Assembly: GCA_040754655.1 (NCBI GenBank)
Contig: JBFMCE010000033.1
Coordinates: 1-38,719 of the forward strand
DNA from: Bdellovibrionota bacterium
Lineage (GTDB): Bacteria; Bdellovibrionota; UBA1018; UBA923
Length of the DNA stretch: 38,719 nucleotides
Direction: 5' to 3'
Shown: positions 17,361 to 25,718 of the stretch, in pieces
Layout of the letters: the number at the start of each line of letters is the position of its first letter
How positions within the stretch are numbered: the first letter of the stretch is position 1
Notes under the pieces: generated by a model
What the model was told of the DNA's origin: nothing
Database searches by the model: none
Seen by the model: the letters and a program-made list of their open reading frames with translations, nothing else
Translations under genes and position numbers: made by a program

Positions 17361-18478
17361 TTCATGCCTCGCTTTGTGTTGCGCTCACCGTTGTGGGTGA
17401 GGCAGGTTTCTGAAAAGACGGGGTTATTCCAATCAAAGGTAAACCCTTTGTCATTTGTGAGGTCAGTGATCAGGGCTACAATGTTTCGCGAGTACATTCG
17501 GCTAGCATCTAAAGGAAGTTCGGCCGGAAGATTCGTGGGTCCCAAGACAAGCACCTGGTTTTCAACCACACGTTCATCGGGTTTGGTAAGGGTACAGTTG
17601 CCGCCTGTTTCTGCGGCAAGGTCGACGATGACTGAGCCAGGTTTCATTTGCGCTACCATCGCTGGGGTGATCAGACGTGGTGCTGTTTTTCCAGGCACTT
17701 GCGCCGTGGTGATCACAAAGTCTGCTGCTTTCAGTCGTTCGGCGATCAAGGCTTGTTGTTTCGCTAGAGTTTCTTCTGAAACTTGCCTCGCATATCCACC
17801 AGCACCTTCGGCATCTTCAGAAGTTTCTCTCAACTCGACAAACGTTGCGCCCAAGCTCTGCACTTGTTCTTTGGTCGCGGCTCTTGCGTCAAAGGCTTCA
17901 ACCACAGCGCCAAGTCTGCGTGCGGTAGCGATCGCCTGCAGGCCCGCAACACCAGCGCCTAAGATAAACCCTTGAGCGGGTCTGATTGTGCCGGCGGCGG
18001 TCGTGAGCATGGGAAGAAATTTTCCTAAGTGATTTGCAGCAAGAAGCACGGCCTTATAACCTGCGATTGTAGCCATGCTTGAGAGCGCATCCATGCTCTG
18101 GGCTCTTGTGATGCGCGGAATAGCATCCATCGCAAAAGCAGTTACTTTTCGGCGTGCGAGTTCGTCGATAAGTTCTGAGTTTCGCAAATGCCAAAGAAAA
18201 GAGACCGTTGCTTTTCCTGGGCCAAGAAGCGCCAGTTCTTCGCGCGTGAAGGGCTGAACTTTTAAAATCGTCTCGCTCTCAGCAAAGAGGGCGGCTGCAT
18301 CACGCGCAAGCGTTGCTCCTGCAGCAACGTATTCAGAGTCTGAAAAAGAAGCCAAAAGGCCCGCGCCGGATTGCACCAAAACCTGGTGGTTGCGCTTGAC
18401 GAGCGCCTTCACCATTTCGGGTACTAGGGCAACCCGGGTTTCACCTTTTTGGGTTTCTTTAGCGACTCCGAATCGCAT
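17357..18478 (-). CDS. pntAA: NAD(P) transhydrogenase alpha-1 (NAD-binding domain I) subunit
   Basis: KET..GETRVALVP, PRITRAQSMDALSSMATIAGY, GAGVAGLQAIATARRLGA, DLAAETGGNC. ATG at 18478 overlaps the cyclophilin TGA. Confidence 0.96.
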   Translation of the reverse strand: MRFGVAKETQKGETRVALVPEMVKALVKRNHQVLVQSGAGLLASFSDSEYVAAGATLARDAAALFAESETILKVQPFTREELALLGPGKATVSFLWHLRNSELIDELARRKVTAFAMDAIPRITRAQSMDALSSMATIAGYKAVLLAANHLGKFLPMLTTAAGTIRPAQGFILGAGVAGLQAIATARRLGAVVEAFDARAATKEQVQSLGATFVELRETSEDAEGAGGYARQVSEETLAKQQALIAERLKAADFVITTAQVPGKTAPRLITPAMVAQMKPGSVIVDLAAETGGNCTLTKPDERVVENQVLVLGPTNLPAELPLDASRMYSRNIVALITDLTNDKGFTFDWNNPVFSETCLTHNGERNTKRGMK

Positions 18479-18996
18479 CAAGTACGCTCAATAGTTACTT
18501 TTTCAAGCACGACGTCTTCTCGCGGACGGTCTCTTCCATCACGCTGCACTTGCGAGATTTTTTCAACCACGTCTTGTCCCGAGATCACTTCGCCGAACAC
18601 CGAATGGCGGTTGTCGAGGTGAGGGGTAGGAACGGTGGTGATGAAAAACTGGCTGCCGTTGGTATTGGGGCCAGCATTTGCCATCGAAAGAATGCCAGGC
18701 TTATCGTGTTTGAGTTCAGGATGAAATTCATCTTTGAACCGAAAGCCTGGGCCGCCAGTGCCCGTACCTGTCGGGTCACCTGCTTGAACCATGAAGCGCG
18801 GAATCACGCGGTGAAAGATCGTGCCGTCGTAATAAGGGCCAGTCTTTTTTTCTTTGGTGCGGGGGTCGGTATATTCTTTCGTACCTTCGGCTAGGTTCAC
18901 GAAGTTCTCAACCGTAGTTGGAACCTTATCGTGGAAAAGGCGAATTTTGATTTCACCGAGCGAGGTCTTTAAGTTTGCGAATACTTCATTTGCCAT
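18478..18996 (-). CDS. Cyclophilin-type peptidyl-prolyl cis-trans isomerase
   Basis: [40 protein letters not shown]. Start set at ATG 18996 (MANEVF) with AGGA upstream. Confidence 0.95.
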   Translation of the reverse strand: MANEVFANLKTSLGEIKIRLFHDKVPTTVENFVNLAEGTKEYTDPRTKEKKTGPYYDGTIFHRVIPRFMVQAGDPTGTGTGGPGFRFKDEFHPELKHDKPGILSMANAGPNTNGSQFFITTVPTPHLDNRHSVFGEVISGQDVVEKISQVQRDGRDRPREDVVLEKVTIERT

Positions 18997-19228
18997 GATC
19001 GTAGAGTCCTTTCGAGTCTTGTTCGAGTTTGTAATTATAGAGCTCGCGCGCAAGTTCACGCATGAATTGCAGGTGCTCAAATTTTTCTTTGTTATAGCCG
19101 TGATCAAAAACGTGGGGCTCAAGAAAGCCCATCTCATTGTGCACTGCAGAGATGGCTTGATCAATGCCGGCTGTTTGAATCATTTTCAGATACTTTTCGC
19201 GGATCTGTTCTCGGGTTGGTTTTAGCAT
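18986..19228 (-). CDS. Small hypothetical protein (80 aa)
   Basis: [16 protein letters not shown]...; GGGG-rich RBS-like site; overlaps the cyclophilin start by 11 nt; helical composition. Confidence 0.65.
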   Translation of the reverse strand: MLKPTREQIREKYLKMIQTAGIDQAISAVHNEMGFLEPHVFDHGYNKEKFEHLQFMRELARELYNYKLEQDSKGLYDHGK

Positions 19229-19292
19229 TAAGACCCCTGTCATTGACGGTAGTGTGAATTTGGCAGAACGATACATAAAAAGCGGTGGGCTT

Positions 19293-22200
19293 TCAATAGG
19301 CGGGCTTTGGTACGACGGATAAAAAGTTATCAACAGCGCTTGAGGCGCAACCGGTGCCTGTGGATGGTTGGATCAAGAGGGTTTCCGTCAAAAAAGAACG
19401 AAGATGGTCACTCAGGTCAGTTACGGCAGCCTGTACGTCAGAGTCGAGATAAGCGTGATAGGCCCCGCCCCTTGAACTTAAGACACGCTCACCGCGGGGA
19501 GAGGCCCAGTTTTTAAGTCTGTTTTCGATCTCTTCGAGCTCTCCTTGTGCCGCTTCGAAGAACTCTTGCTTCGATCTAGGAGGGGTGGAAGCAAATTGAG
19601 GAGAGTGCTGGCCTAGAGTGGAAGCCGCAGCATCAATGGTGAGTTTGCCGCCGACTACTTCTTGTGTTATTCGAGCAAGTCTAGTCAAAAGTGCCAGCGG
19701 GTCTTTAGGATTTGCTGCTCCGCGAATGCCGCTTTTTTTCAAAGTTCGTCTTATTCTCTCGAGGTCTTTTTCGAGCTCTGCTGCCCAGTATTCGTTGCGT
19801 GCCTTCATGGCGGCGATTTTTTCTTCAGCTTTTTCGGCTGGGTTTAAAATTTCCTTTTTGGGTGGATCAGGTTGCAGTTGCTTTGTGGGCGTTGCATCGA
19901 CTGTCACTAGCGTTTCATCCTTGTAAACAAGGTCGGTTTGATGATGAAGCACATCTTGCGGAAAGATGGTGTCTTCGCCTGCATCCAAAACCAAAGTGGT
20001 GCGCGGACGGGCTTCAAAGTCATTCATGCCTTTGGTTTTAAAATACTGATTCATCGTGTCTTCATAGAACTGACCGCTGAGCTCACAATTTGCGCAGAGA
20101 ATTCCTTGTTTGTTTACGTAATTTGAGTAAACGCCGAACTCACCTGGTTCTTGGGTGGTTCGTTTGGGGCGCGGAGGGGTCTCATATAAGCTTTGTTCTG
20201 AAATGATGCTGGCGACTTGTTGTGCACTGAGATCACTAGAACTCTTCACTGCTCTTCGCAACTCGTCTGAAACCGCGGTAAGCCCCAACCTTTCAAAGTC
20301 TTCAGAGAATGCATTGACGAGCTGTTTGTCCATCGAAAGCAAAGTTTGGGGCAGCTTTTTATTCAACCGGCGAGATGCAGAGCTTGAAAAGGCCTCTTTC
20401 CAGCGGCCTGAGAAAAATGAACGAAGTTTACTTTTGGGCGCAGGCGGATCCGAAAACGAGGCCTTCCAGGTGATTTTGGGTTGGGCTCGCGCTCTAGCGC
20501 CTAGGGTGTGTCGAAGTGAACTGAGCTCTAAAAAGTAGGCTCCTGAGTTTTTGTCGCGATAGATGAGAAAGCCTGATTCCTTTTTTATTTTTTTTCCACC
20601 TATTGAGACCTCAAGATTTGAAAGTTCCATCCCACGCGGAGTGGGAAGGGTAACCATGCCTCGGCTGACTGGAAGAGGTTCTGTGAGTTCTACGTCAATC
20701 GTATGGGCCGAAGGATTTCGTTTAGATTTTTGCTCAAGGTCTACCGAAGAAGCGTTTGGCAGCGAATCTTCTTCCGGGATGTCGAGGTACAGGGCTTGAG
20801 ATCGGTTATGGCCAGACACCCTTAGGTGTAATCCAGTGCCGGGGTTTTCACTGCCGTTTGAGTCAATTCCTCTACCTGCGGTCACAAGCGCATCTCCTGA
20901 AGAAGCAAAAGACTTTGGGTGTGACGAACTCTTGATGTCAGATTGTGCGTGTTTGAGCAGAGGGTGGGTGTCTAGGCCTTCAAAATCTCCATGGTCCTGA
21001 GCTTCAAGAGCCTTTGCCAGGTTCGTAATTCCGTACCGTTCAACCATCGACCATAAAAGAAGTTCAGAAGGAGAGAACTTTTGGATGCGCTCAGGATGTG
21101 TTTGCGCCACGACCTCCATCAGATACATCACTGTTGACGAGACTTCAGTCCCAAGCGGAATACCCAGGTTTTCGAGCCTTGTTTGAGACATCAGTTTTGT
21201 TCTGAACCGGCTTAAATCGTCTCGAAACGTCTTGATCTTTTCGACGCTGAGGTTCTTTTTCCAACTGTCATTGCGGTTTATATGAAAACCGTTCTTCTGG
21301 GTCATCAATGGTACAAGTTTTGTTTCCAAGGAATCAGCCCACAAAACAAGGCGCATCTTAGTAACGGTAAGCGGGTCGTATCGCCACCCCTGCGTATTAA
21401 TAAGTACTTCATCTCTCCTAGAAGCTTCGGGCGGGAATATGATAAACGGAACGAATACGGCGGTGATGTCGTGCCAAAAGGGTGGTCCGAAAAGCTCTTC
21501 GGGAGGAGTGTTCCATTTTATAGAAGCCGAGCCGTCCTTTCGGACCGTGCCCACTTGAAATTTTTGAAGAGTTTGTAGGTCGTCAAAGGATATTCTGAAG
21601 TTTGGGTATAAGGAGAGGAGTTCCCTCTCAAGAAACTGGTAGGCCAGGTTTTGATCTGGTTCTAGTGCATTTTTGATTTGCTCTCGGATTTTGAGCATCA
21701 ATCGCGCTGCTTTTTTTTCATCCTTCAAACGAGTTTCTTTTTTGTGACCTCTCGCACGTTCATGACCTTCTTCCTCTTCTATCCGATGGCGAATTTCGCG
21801 TAGCGATCTTCCGACCCCTAGGTCTGAGGTGCGCTTTGCCCAATCTAACCCATGTTTTTCTGCCATTTCTTGTTGAACACGCATCTCAATCTCTTGTTCA
21901 GATACCGCACTTTGCGCCTGATTCTCTTTAAGAATGAGGTCAAGGTCAGCAAGCGAATCCTCAATGGGTTTGCGCAAGTAAGAGAGGTCAAATCCAGCCT
22001 GAATGGCTTGGTCGTAAAATGGCGTGTTCGGTAGAGCCTGATAGTAAGCCAGCGCTGCCTCGCGCCCTTGGTCAAGTCTCTGTCGCACTTCAGGCAACGC
22101 GAGAAAGTCTTTGAATTCGCCCAAATCTAACGCTGAGAGTACTGCTGAGCGCCGATTCATTGAACTTCGGGACCAGCCGAAAAGGCGCTCCCAAAGTTCC

Positions 22201-22361
22201 TTGTGAGCGGTTGAGAAATGCGCGGGAGCGGGATCAGGCGAAAGTTGAAGGTGTGTGTCGCCATCTTCCGCGTGGCTGTTAACCGCAATCGCCAACATTC
22301 CTACAACCATCCAGATTGCGGTAAGCCAAACGGGCCATCGTGCTTGCACTTTTAGACTCAT
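19293..22361 (-). CDS. Large exported protein with C-terminal transglutaminase-like (Cys-His-Asp) domain
   Basis: 1022 aa, Sec-type signal (...AIAVNSHA-ED). LCANCELS ... LHHQTDL ... VTVDATP has the order and spacing of the transglutaminase-like triad. Confidence 0.6.
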   Translation of the reverse strand: MSLKVQARWPVWLTAIWMVVGMLAIAVNSHAEDGDTHLQLSPDPAPAHFSTAHKELWERLFGWSRSSMNRRSAVLSALDLGEFKDFLALPEVRQRLDQGREAALAYYQALPNTPFYDQAIQAGFDLSYLRKPIEDSLADLDLILKENQAQSAVSEQEIEMRVQQEMAEKHGLDWAKRTSDLGVGRSLREIRHRIEEEEGHERARGHKKETRLKDEKKAARLMLKIREQIKNALEPDQNLAYQFLERELLSLYPNFRISFDDLQTLQKFQVGTVRKDGSASIKWNTPPEELFGPPFWHDITAVFVPFIIFPPEASRRDEVLINTQGWRYDPLTVTKMRLVLWADSLETKLVPLMTQKNGFHINRNDSWKKNLSVEKIKTFRDDLSRFRTKLMSQTRLENLGIPLGTEVSSTVMYLMEVVAQTHPERIQKFSPSELLLWSMVERYGITNLAKALEAQDHGDFEGLDTHPLLKHAQSDIKSSSHPKSFASSGDALVTAGRGIDSNGSENPGTGLHLRVSGHNRSQALYLDIPEEDSLPNASSVDLEQKSKRNPSAHTIDVELTEPLPVSRGMVTLPTPRGMELSNLEVSIGGKKIKKESGFLIYRDKNSGAYFLELSSLRHTLGARARAQPKITWKASFSDPPAPKSKLRSFFSGRWKEAFSSSASRRLNKKLPQTLLSMDKQLVNAFSEDFERLGLTAVSDELRRAVKSSSDLSAQQVASIISEQSLYETPPRPKRTTQEPGEFGVYSNYVNKQGILCANCELSGQFYEDTMNQYFKTKGMNDFEARPRTTLVLDAGEDTIFPQDVLHHQTDLVYKDETLVTVDATPTKQLQPDPPKKEILNPAEKAEEKIAAMKARNEYWAAELEKDLERIRRTLKKSGIRGAANPKDPLALLTRLARITQEVVGGKLTIDAAASTLGQHSPQFASTPPRSKQEFFEAAQGELEEIENRLKNWASPRGERVLSSRGGAYHAYLDSDVQAAVTDLSDHLRSFLTETLLIQPSTGTGCASSAVDNFLSVVPKPAY

Positions 22362-22631
22362 ACGACTCTTTTTCGGTATTTTTTTAGCGAAAGCAGAGGC
22401 CTCTCAGCGCCGATCGCGGTTGTTTTAAATCTGAAACTTGGCCATAGCGGCAATTTTTGCCGACGATTTTCAATAAGAAGAGTTTGGCGCGAGTGAGGCC
22501 GCAGCTATCTTCAACAAGAATAGCTTAATGCTAAGAATGTTGCGTCTGCCCATGAGTCTTGAGTCTGCTTAACGCTGTGTGCAGGCTCACCATCCCATTA
22601 CATGCCTGATTTTGCCGTTAATCTTGCCCGT

Positions 22632-23258
22632 ATGAACGGTATCGTGCGATGGACTTTGGGATTGTGGTTTGGGACTCTCTTCTTAGGGATTTTGCTCAGT
22701 GCGCTGCCTTGGACGCAAGCGGCCCACGCACAGTCGCGGCCCGGTGACGTCGAGCCGCAATCACTCGGTGCAGGAAGCCGCAGCCAAACAAGACCAGGAA
22801 CCCCAACAACGGCTGCAAAAGATGACAAACTTTTTCCTGCCGGAAAGACCGGGTATTTCGGGGGCGCGCTTGGCATTTCTTCGGCGAGCGAAGAAGTCGG
22901 CACAGGCCTGGGATTTGGCGGTGAGCTTGCCTTTTTTCCGCAGCAGTACTTTGGCTTAGGCGCGCTTTACCGCGGTGGAAATCACGGAGAGCCCAGCTCT
23001 GATCTTTTTGCTGCGCAGTTGCTCTTAAGACCCACGCCACCGTTCACACTTTCTTTTATCTTAGGCGCGCAAAAACTCAGTGACGCTGGAATCAATGCAG
23101 ATACGACTTTCGCTTACGGCGCAAAGGCGGGTTACGACTTTCAACTCGGCAATTCGATCTTTAGCGTAGGACCGAATATCGACTTGGTTTTTTACAAACC
23201 AGGTGCCGAGACCGTTTCAAATGTGAATGTTTTGGCACTACTCAAGACCTGGCTCTAA
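22632..23258 (+). CDS. Small outer-membrane beta-barrel protein
   Basis: Signal peptide ending AAHA-Q, low-complexity linker, then alternating Gly/aromatic strands (YFGGALG, YFGLGALY, FAYGAKAGYDF). Alternative start 22602. Confidence 0.7.
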   Translation: MNGIVRWTLGLWFGTLFLGILLSALPWTQAAHAQSRPGDVEPQSLGAGSRSQTRPGTPTTAAKDDKLFPAGKTGYFGGALGISSASEEVGTGLGFGGELAFFPQQYFGLGALYRGGNHGEPSSDLFAAQLLLRPTPPFTLSFILGAQKLSDAGINADTTFAYGAKAGYDFQLGNSIFSVGPNIDLVFYKPGAETVSNVNVLALLKTWL

Positions 23259-23854
23259 GCCGGCCTGATCATCTCGAAAATGTCAGTGGCGCGCACGTAG
23301 ATGTTTTCTTCCATGCGGCCGATGGCGCGAAGTTTTTTGACGTCGATTTTCCCGTCGAGCATCAGATTCTCGCGCACATGAAAACAAACAACTTCGCCAA
23401 TCACAAGCGACGCAGGCACATCGCCTAGTTCGATGATCGTCTTGAGTTTGCACTCAAGGTGAATGGGGCTTTCTGAGATGCGCGGGGCCGAGACGATCTC
23501 GCTAGGCACCGAAGTCAAACCCGTCACATCAAACTCGCTCATGTCAGGCGGATAACTGCCGCTTGCCATGTTCATCGATTGGCTCAAGTGCTCGTCGACG
23601 ATGTTGATGACAAAGTCGCGCGAGGTCTCGATGTTTCTGATAGTGTCTTTTTTCTGATCACCCCTTCGAATCACGCTGAAGGCGATCGTAGGCGGAGCGG
23701 GCGTGACACCCATGAAAAAACAAAAGGGCGCCGCATTGGGCACCCCGTTTTTATTCACTGTCGAGACGAATGCGATGGGACGCGGAACGATCACACTCGT
23801 TAAGAGTTGATAAGCGTCCCGCGTCTCAAGCGTTTGAGGAAGAATTTTGCGCAT
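23255..23854 (-). CDS. Flavin reductase-like (FMN-binding split barrel) protein
   Basis: IVPRPIAFVST, NAAPFCFF, KKDTIRNI, PRISESPIHLECKL. Confidence 0.9.
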   Translation of the reverse strand: MRKILPQTLETRDAYQLLTSVIVPRPIAFVSTVNKNGVPNAAPFCFFMGVTPAPPTIAFSVIRRGDQKKDTIRNIETSRDFVINIVDEHLSQSMNMASGSYPPDMSEFDVTGLTSVPSEIVSAPRISESPIHLECKLKTIIELGDVPASLVIGEVVCFHVRENLMLDGKIDVKKLRAIGRMEENIYVRATDIFEMIRPA

Positions 23855-23871
23855 TCTTTCATTGTGTCACA

Positions 23872-24081
23872 TTAATAGCGGTTATCAAGCTTTCCGCCCT
23901 GAAAGTGGAAGGGGCGGCGAGGTTCAGCATCGTCTTCTTCGACCTCTGCCTTTTTCTTATCTGAACTTACGGTGCGCTCGCTTTTCGTATCGCCTTTTTC
24001 TTTTCCTTCACCGCCGAAAGCCATTGGATTTACCACTGAGAGCACAACCATCATTAGAGTCACCAGTGAAAACTTTTTCAT
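23872..24081 (-). CDS. Small exported charged protein (69 aa)
   Basis: MKKFSLVTLMMVVLSVVNPMAFG signal peptide; strong AAGGAGG RBS. Confidence 0.75.
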   Translation of the reverse strand: MKKFSLVTLMMVVLSVVNPMAFGGEGKEKGDTKSERTVSSDKKKAEVEEDDAEPRRPFHFQGGKLDNRY

Positions 24082-24148
24082 TTAAGACCTCCTTGTAAGT
24101 TTCATTGGCGTCCTTGATCCGTGGACGCCGTTCTTGACTCTAGGGTAG

Positions 24149-24164
24149 TGCAGCCCGTGTTCCA
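24149..24164 (-). promoter_or_regulatory. Candidate sigma-54 (-24/-12) promoter for 23872..24081
   Basis: Minus strand reads TGGAACACGGGCTGCA (GG-N10-GC). IHF-like TATCAAAGGATTT at 24213-24225 and a GACA-N3-TGTC palindrome at 24276-24286 lie further upstream. Confidence 0.55.
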
Positions 24165-24425
24165 GCGCAGAAAGAGCGCTTGATGGCTCGGCAAAAAAAG
24201 ACAAGTACTTAATATCAAAGGATTTAGAACAGGGTGCTTGGCTGGTGCGAAAATACCCTAAGTGGTTTAGTCGGTGACAAACTGTCTACAAAAACCAGGG
24301 TCAGAGTTGCGCCGGGGGGCTATGAGTATTTCTTTCCCTGAGAACAAAGCCAAGCTCGCCCAGTCGTGCCCAATAACGGTGCAAAGAGGAGCTTAACCAA
24401 ACAAGAAAGGTTTGCTTTTGATGAA

Positions 24426-25595
24426 TCAAACCCCGCGCGGCAAAAGCAATGCATCACATTTTGAGTTTTTCTCAGCATTAAACTCAAGCACGAGTTCGCC
24501 GTTAAATGGCGTTGCTGGCTCACCGCCATTAATTCTTGCTCTGATGGCGGCGGCCTTTGCTTTTGAGTTCGCATATCCAAGAGCGGTGCGAATGTGTGCA
24601 TTCAACTCGTGGGCCGCTTCATGAGTGCCAGTTCCATTTCTAAAGTGAGTGGTAACAAGCCGTTCTACAAGCTGAGCGCGAGCCTCGGGGTCGATTGAAA
24701 GTTCTCTGGCTCCAGTGATTTCTTTAATGTGTGGTTGAATCGATTCCAGGGTGCGATCGATTTGGCGTTCGACGATTTGCCGAAACTCATCTTTGGTCAG
24801 CGGGCCTACGAAGACAACCTTTAAGAAAAGGTCAGTAAGGTCCTTGCCTAAGACTTGTTGTACAGCGAGCCTGAGAGCAGCAGGGTTTTCATTGATTTTT
24901 TTTGAAATTTCTTCAAGTGAATTTCCAAACCCTAGAGTACTTAAATTAATGCCACCAGCCTCTAGCGCATATTTTGTTTCTTCCCCCAAGGTGACGAAAA
25001 AGTCAGCTTCCCTTGTATCTACCTTGTGCAACACCACCGAGGGATTTCTACTCTCGGCTTTGGGTTGGGCTGGTTCGCCAATAGCAACTGGTTCTGGCTG
25101 GATTTGGATTTCAAATTCATTACGCAAAAGATTTGCAACGTATTGGCGCACCATGGGATTTGCGAGCTCAATATTCTTCAGCGCAAATACTGCATTAGGG
25201 TGCTGAGTTAACAAGACAGCCATGGTTTGCTTAAAGTTCTGAGCTCGCTGAACCATGTATTCTTGGCTTTCACTGAACCCGTAAGCTGAAAGGTTAATCT
25301 CGATATATTGAGCTCTTTTGGTGATTGCACGCGCTTCGCCGGCGGCAAGTTTGCCAACGCTGTCGGCGCCCGTTACTAAAATTCGAACCCCTGACTTTGA
25401 GGGGTCTGCTGTGCCGCCATCCTTTTGAATCAGAAGGCTATTTAGCGCTTTGACTACGGGTCTTTGCCCATAGCCGATCACTTCTTGTTCAATGACCGCC
25501 ATCTCTTCAAAAACATCGAGTTGTTGTTGCTGAGCCAATACAGAAAAAGAACCAAAAGTGAAAACCATCAAAGAAACAGTGAGGAAATGGCGCAT
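24426..25595 (-). CDS. Signal-peptide-bearing degenerate ClpA/B second AAA+ domain (D2-like) protein
   Basis: Collinear with Clp D2: EQEVIG.GQ, G.ADPSK, GADSVGKL (Walker A-like), INLSAY, FALKNIELANP (Walker B position), VDTREA, VVFVGPLTKDEFRQIV. N-terminal Sec signal. Confidence 0.7.
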   Translation of the reverse strand: MRHFLTVSLMVFTFGSFSVLAQQQQLDVFEEMAVIEQEVIGYGQRPVVKALNSLLIQKDGGTADPSKSGVRILVTGADSVGKLAAGEARAITKRAQYIEINLSAYGFSESQEYMVQRAQNFKQTMAVLLTQHPNAVFALKNIELANPMVRQYVANLLRNEFEIQIQPEPVAIGEPAQPKAESRNPSVVLHKVDTREADFFVTLGEETKYALEAGGINLSTLGFGNSLEEISKKINENPAALRLAVQQVLGKDLTDLFLKVVFVGPLTKDEFRQIVERQIDRTLESIQPHIKEITGARELSIDPEARAQLVERLVTTHFRNGTGTHEAAHELNAHIRTALGYANSKAKAAAIRARINGGEPATPFNGELVLEFNAEKNSKCDALLLPRGV

Positions 25596-25718
25596 TGAAA
25601 AGAACCCCTCTTAAATTTTATTGACGCAATGCATACCAATTAAAGCATTAGAAATCAATGGTTTTGTAGGGAAAATGGGCCTTCACTTGCGCGAAACTTG
25701 CGGTAAATTATGCTATGA

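Noticed and set aside
18997..19164. Longer 228-aa cyclophilin start
   Set aside because: It overlaps a plausible upstream gene, and the cyclophilin fold begins at MANEVF with its own RBS.
22362..22400. Sigma-28-like promoter (ACCGAAAA on minus strand) before the 1022-aa gene
   Set aside because: The -10-like element has no convincing -35 partner.
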